Assembly: GCF_040366405.1 (NCBI RefSeq)
Contig: NZ_BAABWF010000001.1
Location: 886,563 to 910,562 of the forward strand
Length of the DNA: 24,000 nt
From: Arenicella sp. 4NH20-0111
Lineage (GTDB): Bacteria; Pseudomonadota; Gammaproteobacteria; Arenicellales; Arenicellaceae
Direction of reading: 5' to 3'
Position numbers and translations under genes: made by a program. The notes below the pieces were generated by a model. It searched no databases. It saw only the letters and a program-made list of their open reading frames with translations, and was not told the origin of the DNA. Shown here piece after piece: positions 18,907 to 24,000 of this stretch; the stretch's first letter is position 1, and every line of letters begins with the position of its first letter.

Positions 18907-19401
18907 TTAGAAACCTTCATAATGAAAATTGAAAGCGGCTCGTGAGCCCTTGCCAGAAATAGGCACGTTTAGGCTTTCACCCATGCGGCTATGAATTTTA
19001 ACGTAGCCCGAGTGCATTCTCAAAAAGCGTTCTAGTAGAGCGCGGTCTACGGTTTTAAAATAATAACAGCCATCGATTAAGCAATAGCGAGCTTGTAGTG
19101 GTCCAATTAATGAGCTTTCGATATAAAGTTCTGGGTCGATATCCAGTGCCGATCCGAGCGGTAAGATTACGATCATGTCTGTACTTAGAGCATTGCCTTG
19201 TTCGCTAAACACAAAATCCACCTGCATCAGTCTTTCACGGCTGTCTGTCATCATCGCTACTTGAGACATGGTGCAGAGTGCCGAGCTAGGTTCGCACTCG
19301 ACAACCCAGTCGCCAAAACTCTTTGGCTCTGCTGCACTGATGGCCGCGAGCCAGCAAAAAGAGACAGACGCCATTGAAAAGAATCGCTTTGTTAGCCTCA
19401 T
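18907..19401 (-). CDS. Periplasmic protein, possibly invasion-associated locus B (IalB) family
   Basis: 164-aa ORF with a signal peptide (ASVSFCWLAAISAAEP). The pattern FGDWVVEC..C, LPLGSALD, YCLIDGCY and a trailing SGKG..AFNF resembles IalB-family proteins. The assignment is weak. Confidence 0.4.
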   Translation of the reverse strand: MRLTKRFFSMASVSFCWLAAISAAEPKSFGDWVVECEPSSALCTMSQVAMMTDSRERLMQVDFVFSEQGNALSTDMIVILPLGSALDIDPELYIESSLIGPLQARYCLIDGCYYFKTVDRALLERFLRMHSGYVKIHSRMGESLNVPISGKGSRAAFNFHYEGF

Positions 19402-19499
19402 AAACAGGTCATATTATCTATTTCTTGCCTTGTTCATTAGAACATTGTGAGTATCATACGCACAATCAAATACTATAGGTCGCCATCGACGAAAACACT

Positions 19500-20159
19500 A
19501 TGTTGCCTTATCAAGAAAAATTTATCGAATTTGCGTTAGAAACGGGTGTGTTGCGATTTGGTGAGTTCACGCTCAAATCTGGCCGAACTAGCCCCTACTT
19601 TTTTAACACAGGCTTGTTTAACAGCGGCGGCACGATGCTGCAGTTCAGTCGGTTCTTTGCGCAGAGTATCATCAATTCCGACATCGGTTTTGATGTGCTC
19701 TTTGGGCCTGCCTACAAAGGCATAACCTTGGCGTGCGGCGCGGCCATGTCTATCTCTGAAGCCACGGGTGACGACGTTCCTTTTGCTTTCAATCGTAAGG
19801 AAAAGAAGGATCATGGCGAAGGTGGCACTATGGTTGGTGCAGACCTAGTTGGAGACATTGCCATCATCGATGATGTCATCACAGCGGGCACGGCGATACG
19901 AGAATCTTTTGAGATGATAAGCCAGGCCGGAGCAACCCCCAAGGCCGTCTTCTTAGCGCTTGATAGACAAGAGCTTGGCCAGAAGGACGGCGAACCTACC
20001 GAAATGTCAGCAATTCAACAGGTAGAAGAAGAGTTCGGGTTGCCGGTGGTGGCAATCGCCACAATGAATGACTTGATTGACTACCTGAAAAAGCAGGGCG
20101 ACCAAGAAGAGAACCTCGCTAAAATGATGGCATATCGGTCACAGTACGGCATCAAATAG
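19500..20159 (+). CDS. pyrE: Orotate phosphoribosyltransferase
   Basis: 219-aa ORF with QEKFIEFALETGVLRFGEFTLKSGRTSPYFFN, GPAYKGI, and the PRPP-binding motif IIDDVITAGTA. Confidence 0.95.
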   Translation: MLPYQEKFIEFALETGVLRFGEFTLKSGRTSPYFFNTGLFNSGGTMLQFSRFFAQSIINSDIGFDVLFGPAYKGITLACGAAMSISEATGDDVPFAFNRKEKKDHGEGGTMVGADLVGDIAIIDDVITAGTAIRESFEMISQAGATPKAVFLALDRQELGQKDGEPTEMSAIQQVEEEFGLPVVAIATMNDLIDYLKKQGDQEENLAKMMAYRSQYGIK

Positions 20160-20167
20160 GGTGTAGC

Positions 20168-21406
20168 TTGAGTTCGAAAATAAAAACGTATCTTGTTGGC
20201 GGAGCCGTTCGAGACCGATTGCTGGATCTGCCTATTCTAGATCGAGATTGGGTCGTGGTGGGTGCCACACCAGATCACATGGTAAGCCTCGGCTACGAGC
20301 CTGTAGGAAAAGATTTTCCGGTGTTTATCAATAAAAAAACAGGCGAAGAATACGCACTGGCTCGAACCGAACGTAAAACCGCAAAAGGCTACCAAGGGTT
20401 CGCGTTTTCTACTTCTCCGAACATCAGCTTAGAAGATGACCTAGAGCGCCGAGACCTAACGATCAATGCCATTGCAGAAGACGATGATGGCAACTTAATC
20501 GATCCTTTTGGTGGTCAGGCAGACTTAAAAAGCGGCGTACTACGCCATGTTTCGGACGCGTTCATCGAAGACCCTGTTCGGATATTACGCGCAGCCCGTT
20601 TTGCCGCGCGCTTTCATTTTAAAATTGCGCCAGAAACTCAAGATTTAATGAAGTCCATGGTGGCCGCAGGCGAAGTCGATGCGTTGGTGCCAGAACGCGT
20701 ATGGGCTGAAACACTTAAGGCACTTAAGACTGAGTCGCCGCATCTGTTTTTTAAAGTGCTAAGAGACTGTGGTGCTCTTGCAAGAGTAATGCCTGAAGTT
20801 GACGCGCTTTTTGGAGTGCCACAAACGGCAAGCTACCATCCAGAAATAGACACGGGTATTCACACCTTGATGGTGGTTGAACAAGCCGCAAAACTGACTC
20901 AAGATCCTATGGTGCGATTCGCGGCACTGGTGCACGATTTGGGCAAAGGAGTGACGCCTGAGGACATTTTGCCGTCGCACCGAGGGCACGAACAAGCTGG
21001 GTTGCCGCTCATTCGTGAATTCTCCGAACGACTAAGAGTACCTAAAAAGTATCTGTCATTGGCTCTTGCGGTGGGTGAGTATCACCTGCACATGCACAAG
21101 ATGTATGAACTCAAGGCAAGTACTGTTTTAACAATGTTGGAAAAAACCCGTAGCCTCATGGACGATGATCGCACAGAACAAATAGCCACGGCATGCGTAG
21201 CCGATGCACGTGGAAGAACGGGATTTGAAGACCGTGATTACTCGCAAGCCAAAATGTATATCCGTTTTCAGCAAGCGGCCAAAAGCGTTGACGCTGGTGC
21301 GATTGCCAAAAAGTATTCAAGTGGGGATCAAATCCAAGCGGCAATACGGGTAGAAAGACTCAACGCAATTAAGGCCGTTAAAGCTAAATACCCCTCCCCT
21401 TCGTAA
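20168..21406 (+). CDS. cca: Multifunctional CCA-adding enzyme (tRNA nucleotidyltransferase with HD phosphohydrolase domain)
   Basis: 412-aa ORF with YLVGGAVRDRLL...DRDWVV, RRDLTINA, and an HD domain (HDLGK). There is no in-frame ATG near the conserved N-terminus, so the TTG start at 20168 is inferred. Confidence 0.9.
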   Translation: MSSKIKTYLVGGAVRDRLLDLPILDRDWVVVGATPDHMVSLGYEPVGKDFPVFINKKTGEEYALARTERKTAKGYQGFAFSTSPNISLEDDLERRDLTINAIAEDDDGNLIDPFGGQADLKSGVLRHVSDAFIEDPVRILRAARFAARFHFKIAPETQDLMKSMVAAGEVDALVPERVWAETLKALKTESPHLFFKVLRDCGALARVMPEVDALFGVPQTASYHPEIDTGIHTLMVVEQAAKLTQDPMVRFAALVHDLGKGVTPEDILPSHRGHEQAGLPLIREFSERLRVPKKYLSLALAVGEYHLHMHKMYELKASTVLTMLEKTRSLMDDDRTEQIATACVADARGRTGFEDRDYSQAKMYIRFQQAAKSVDAGAIAKKYSSGDQIQAAIRVERLNAIKAVKAKYPSPS

Positions 21407-21650
21407 AGATTTTTGGCTTCAATCGCAACTAGTGTGGCCGTGAATGGAGAGGCAAAATTCGCGAGTCTTTTCTCGCAATTGAAACGTTGATACAGCGCCG
21501 GTTTACCCAGTACTTTCGCAGAATCTGCGGTGGCTAGTTAACTTTGCCGCCTCTATGCGCGCATTTTTGTCCATTCACAAACCGAATAACGCAGTATAAA
21601 CAAGACTTTATAAAAGAAGCTGGGAATGTTAATGTGCGCTGACTCGGACA

Positions 21651-21670
21651 AAAATGAGCATGCTCATTTT
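21651..21670. repeat. Perfect 20-bp palindrome AAAATGAGCATGCTCATTTT
   Basis: Read directly: 21651-21660 is the exact reverse complement of 21661-21670. It lies in the non-coding gap between cca and the first cassette. Function unknown. Confidence 0.9.
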
Positions 21671-21780
21671 CATTCCAAAGTAAAAGGAGATATTTTTGAA
21701 ATACTTTACTAATTCAATGGCTTGCGAATCTTTTTTGAGGCCGCTCTTAGCGCGTAAACGCGCATGCACACTAATACGCT

Positions 21781-21787
21781 GTTAGCT
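21781..21787 (+). other. First GTTRRRY core site (GTTAGCT): left boundary of the cassette array (attI-like or attC remnant)
   Basis: GTTAGCT lies 3 nt before the first cassette ATG and is identical to the R' core of the attC at 22300-22306. No paired R''/L'' arm could be found upstream. Confidence 0.5.
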
Positions 21788-21789
21788 AG

Positions 21790-22239
21790 ATGAATGATGT
21801 CGATTTAATCAAAGCTCATCTTGTCGGTGACTTTGTTACCAGTTTCTCTGTTGGTTCGACTGGGTGGTCAATTCAATTTTCGGAATGTGAATATGTGCTT
21901 TTGGCGCAAAATCTAGCTTCACCAGTTGAAGCTCTACTTAACGAACTCTATCAAAAGAATTTTCCCGTAGTTAGTAAAACTGCTGATAAAGGAGACGTCG
22001 CTAAATCCACGATAATGTCTTGTTGTCTCAGACAAAAGATTCGGGATATAAAATTAGATACAAAGAAAAACCTAGAGATAAATTACGAAAATGATATATC
22101 AATAACATGTCCTACTGATATGGATATGGTTGATTGGCAATGGTCATTTACCCGCGATGGAAAATGCCCATACACTACAAATACACTTTTAATAGGTTGT
22201 CTTTGGCAAGGAGAGATAGAGCGTGGAAAAACTAGCTAA
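21790..22239 (+). CDS. Cassette 1 orphan protein (149 aa, soluble, 6 Cys)
   Basis: The ORF starts 8 nt after the core site. Its TAA stop (22237-22239) lies inside the attC inverse core AGCTAAC. No recognised domain. Confidence 0.7.
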   Translation: MNDVDLIKAHLVGDFVTSFSVGSTGWSIQFSECEYVLLAQNLASPVEALLNELYQKNFPVVSKTADKGDVAKSTIMSCCLRQKIRDIKLDTKKNLEINYENDISITCPTDMDMVDWQWSFTRDGKCPYTTNTLLIGCLWQGEIERGKTS

Positions 22240-22306
22240 CAAGTCTCAAAACAAACGCCTTCGGCTCGGACGCGTTTTCAACGCGCCCGTTTGAGAGGCG
22301 TTAGCT
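22234..22306 (+). repeat. attC site 1 (73 bp)
   Basis: AGCTAACAAGTCTCAAAAC...GGACGCGTTTTCAACGCGCCC...GTTTGAGAGGCGTTAGCT. R''/L'' (TAACAAGTCTCAAAC) pairs with L'/R' (GTTTGAGA-GGC-GTTA), leaving unpaired bases. Confidence 0.85.
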
Positions 22307-22311
22307 TCACG

Positions 22312-22716
22312 ATGGATATCGAGTATCTGAAAAGGAAGCGGCAGAAATCCGTCCAACAACAAAACGCTGTCCTTAAACATAAAATTTCTTGTTGTGCTGA
22401 GAACTGGCTCAACGGTGAAAAATTACCTAAGCCAATAGAGAAATACCTTAATGAAAAAGGCATTAATAGAGACAATGCTCTCCTAATTGAATATCACGGA
22501 GGTCCAGCACAATACCAAATGTCATACTCAGGAATACTAATCACAAATGATGAAGATTTCATAGGATTTGAGTTTGACCTTAATGTTCGTGAAACGAACA
22601 TAGAGTATGTTGAAAACTTTGGTAAAGTATCTATTGAAACATCTTGTCATTTACATGGCGTTGGTAAGTCGTTTGGTTGTCTCAGTAAGGAAGTCCTGCA
22701 TGAAATCAGAAGCTAA
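22312..22716 (+). CDS. Cassette 2 orphan protein (134 aa; basic N-terminal helix)
   Basis: The track ORF starts at TTG 22291, inside attC1 and across the recombination point. ATG 22312, 11 nt into the cassette, is preferred. The TAA stop (22714-16) lies inside AGCTAAC of attC2. Confidence 0.68.
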   Translation: MDIEYLKRKRQKSVQQQNAVLKHKISCCAENWLNGEKLPKPIEKYLNEKGINRDNALLIEYHGGPAQYQMSYSGILITNDEDFIGFEFDLNVRETNIEYVENFGKVSIETSCHLHGVGKSFGCLSKEVLHEIRS

Positions 22717-22785
22717 CAAGAACCAAAACGCTGCCTACGGCAGTTCGGACGCGTTTTCAACGCGCCCGTTTGCTTGGCGTTAAGC
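22711..22785 (+). repeat. attC site 2 (75 bp)
   Basis: AGCTAACAAGAACCAAAAC...GGACGCGTTTTCAACGCGCCC...GTTTGCTTGGCGTTAAGC. It has the same 21-nt core as attC1 and attC3. Confidence 0.85.
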
Positions 22786-22795
22786 GCATAAAGTC

Positions 22796-23206
22796 ATGGG
22801 AGAATCCTTACTAAACCAGTTAGCGGCCTCTAATGTGCCCTTAATCGAAATAGTAGTTCGATTTAAAGAAGGAATAGATTATAAGAATGCAACTGAGCAA
22901 TTTAACTCACTAGGCGAAGACATACACCTCAGTGGGGGAGATTGGTATAACCAACCTAACCTTAGAGTAGGTGATGCATCCGCAGAAGCACTGTTTAGAT
23001 TATTCGGGTGGAAGGTTCACAGAGTACCTTTGATTCTGGAGGGCCATGAGAAAGGGGCGACCACGGAAAGTGAGTACTATTGCTGGGATGAATTGGAGCC
23101 ACAATGTTGTTTGCCTTCAACTATGCAAGACATAATTGGAGGCATATCTTTTAGTCAACCCGGCTCAAATGATGAGGGGCAATGGTATGAACCTAAATTC
23201 GCCTAA
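22796..23206 (+). CDS. Cassette 3 orphan protein (136 aa, acidic, soluble)
   Basis: The ATG is 16 nt after the core site, and the TAA stop (23204-06) lies inside GCCTAAC of attC3. No recognised domain. Confidence 0.7.
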   Translation: MGESLLNQLAASNVPLIEIVVRFKEGIDYKNATEQFNSLGEDIHLSGGDWYNQPNLRVGDASAEALFRLFGWKVHRVPLILEGHEKGATTESEYYCWDELEPQCCLPSTMQDIIGGISFSQPGSNDEGQWYEPKFA

Positions 23207-23281
23207 CAAGCGCTTTAAATATCCCTCCCGCTGGTCGGGCGGGACGCGTTTTCAACGCGCCCCGTTAAGCGGGCGTTAGTG
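23201..23281 (+). repeat. attC site 3 (81 bp)
   Basis: GCCTAACAAGCGCTTTAA...GGACGCGTTTTCAACGCGCCC...CGTTAAGCGGGCGTTAGTG. CGCTTTAA pairs with TTAAGCG with one extra T. Confidence 0.85.
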
Positions 23282-23296
23282 ATACGAGAGTTCTGA

Positions 23297-23692
23297 ATGA
23301 ACAAAGCAATTTATTTTAAGACATCACTTTTTGACCCTTCAAAGGAAGATGAAAATGATATAAACCCTATCTACGGCCAATCATTGCTAATTTGGCTTCG
23401 AGATAAGCTTGGTAGTGAACTAGAGTTCTCTGAAATCGGTACCGAAGATTGGGGCTGGTATTGTTATATCAACTGGAAGGGCAGGCAGTACTTAATTGGA
23501 TCAATAGCTCATTTTGAAGAAGGTGATGATCCCAATATGGATACCGATTGGATATTCCAAGTGGATAAAACCCGTTCGTTTAAAGAAGTAATATTTGGAA
23601 AAGAAAAAATGACAAAGAATGATCCATGCTTTCTCTTCTTCAAAAAGTATTTTGAAGAAGAGCCTCAAATTAAGGACGTAGAAATTGGCTAA
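23297..23692 (+). CDS. Cassette 4 orphan protein (131 aa, acidic, aromatic-rich EDWGWYCYINW segment)
   Basis: The ATG is 21 nt after the core site with a GAGAG SD-like sequence 6 nt upstream. The stop TAA (23690-92) is 2 nt before attC4. Confidence 0.72.
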   Translation: MNKAIYFKTSLFDPSKEDENDINPIYGQSLLIWLRDKLGSELEFSEIGTEDWGWYCYINWKGRQYLIGSIAHFEEGDDPNMDTDWIFQVDKTRSFKEVIFGKEKMTKNDPCFLFFKKYFEEEPQIKDVEIG

Positions 23693-23694
23693 AT

Positions 23695-23785
23695 CACTAA
23701 CAAGTTTCCAAAGTGCACTCCACTCCCTGCGGTCGTTCCGCGGGACACCGCATACGACGCGGTGCCCCTTGGCAAGGCGTTATAT
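23695..23785 (+). repeat. attC site 4 (91 bp; different internal sequence)
   Basis: CACTAACAAGTTTCCAAAG...CCTTGGCAAGGCGTTATAT. The ends follow the same R''/R' pattern, but the centre lacks the shared 21-nt core. Instead it carries two short hairpins (CCCTGCGG/CCGCGGG and CACCGC/GCGGTG). Confidence 0.75.
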
Positions 23786-23800
23786 CGATAGCGGGTTAAT

Positions 23801-24000
23801 ATGAAAGACTTAGGAATATTTTTTATTAAAGTATCTGTTTTTGCCTTTATTGGGGCGGGGGCATCAATAGCATCAATTGGAATTCCTCTTATGGACTATG
23901 GAAAAGAATCTAGAGTTCTAATCTATGAGGTAGAAGAAAAAATTGGTAAACGGCCAAATGAAGAAGTTTGCATTCCAGAGCTTGCGAAAGATTACTTAGG
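23801..24000 (+). CDS. Cassette 5 orphan membrane protein; 3' end beyond the window
   Basis: Not in the track because it is truncated. Manual translation gives MKDLGIFFIKVSVFAFIGAGASIASIGIPLMDYGKESRVLIYEVEEKIGKRPNEEVCIPELAKDYL. It has an N-terminal TM helix, and the ATG is 21 nt after core site GTTATAT. Confidence 0.55.
   Translation, partial: MKDLGIFFIKVSVFAFIGAGASIASIGIPLMDYGKESRVLIYEVEEKIGKRPNEEVCIPELAKDYL

Larger units (their letters stand above)
21781..24000 (+). mobile_element. Integron-type gene cassette array without adjacent integrase (CALIN-like); continues beyond the window
   Basis: Five consecutive units are bounded at G|TT of GTTAGCT (21781), GTTAGCT (22300), GTTAAGC (22779), GTTAGTG (23275) and GTTATAT (23779). 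The four complete units are 519, 479, 496 and 504 bp, each with one + strand ORF followed by an attC-like palindrome; the fifth runs off the window edge. There is no tyrosine-recombinase ORF in the window. Confidence 0.85.

Noticed and set aside
21424-21545. Possible degenerate attC (CGCAACTAG ... CTAGTTAACT about 110 bp apart, with an internal hairpin AATTCGCGAG/CTCGCAATT)
   Set aside because: Only the 6-mers AACTAG/CTAGTT are complementary. The adjacent would-be L''/L' arms (TGTGGCCG versus GCGGTGG) are direct rather than inverted, so no R/L-box structure can form.
21651-21670. The 20-bp palindrome as a Fur box or LexA box
   Set aside because: The AATGA/TCATT half-sites are 6 nt apart rather than 3 nt as in the Fur consensus, and there is no CTGT-N8-ACAG. 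Neither consensus fits, so the binding partner is left unknown.
21407-21780. Remnant of an integron integrase (intI) gene between cca and the first core site
   Set aside because: Minus-strand translations are broken by stops in all frames. The fragments I read (for example AAKLTSHRRFCESTG and GKPALYQRFNCEKRLANF) show no convincing tyrosine-recombinase box II (HxLRHxxAT...Y) similarity. I cannot support a pseudogene call without tblastn or HMM evidence.
22291-22311. TTG start of the cassette-2 ORF as given in the ORF track
   Set aside because: These 21 nt lie inside attC1 and span the G|TT recombination point (22300/22301), so the start would not travel with the cassette. The in-frame ATG at 22312 is inside the cassette and is preferred.
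22234-23785. The repeated about 75-bp elements as a CRISPR array
   Set aside because: The spacing is about 500 bp, not 25-45 bp. The intervening DNA is protein-coding, and the repeats are imperfect palindromes with RYYYAAC/GTTRRRY ends. They are attC sites, not CRISPR repeats.

Overview
This looks like a chromosomal segment of a gammaproteobacterium, judged only from gene content and protein similarity; no searches were possible. About 21.4 kb is ordinary, tightly packed housekeeping DNA. In order: gloA (partial), hemB, mtgA, an orphan GspE/PilB-family ATPase, two small membrane proteins, a HAD hydrolase, srkA, a GDPD-family phosphodiesterase, a transglutaminase-like/TPR lipoprotein, mscL, a secreted EEP-family enzyme, a methyltransferase-like protein, priA, an ACT/GcvR-like protein, selO, ampG, xthA, an IalB-like protein, pyrE and cca. 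From 21781 to the window end the architecture changes to an integron-type gene-cassette array. It has at least 5 same-strand cassettes of about 480-520 bp, each carrying one short orphan ORF. Each of the four complete cassettes is followed by a 73-91 bp attC-like imperfect palindrome that starts ..CTAACAAG and ends ..GGCGTTRRRY. Three of the four attC sites share an identical 21-nt core. attC polarity places the attI/intI end on the left, but that side holds only cca and 375 bp of non-coding DNA. The array therefore appears to be an integrase-less cluster of attC sites (CALIN), or one separated from its integrase, and it runs off the right edge. The cassette proteins match nothing I recognise and are the best candidates for undescribed functions. 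A second notable signal is a 53-bp near-palindrome of four DnaA-box-like 9-mers (one perfect TTATCCACA) 40 bp upstream of priA. It sits in an unusually long (560 bp) AT-rich spacer that holds a second perfect DnaA box. All product calls rest on motifs I recognise by eye and should be confirmed by HMM or BLAST.
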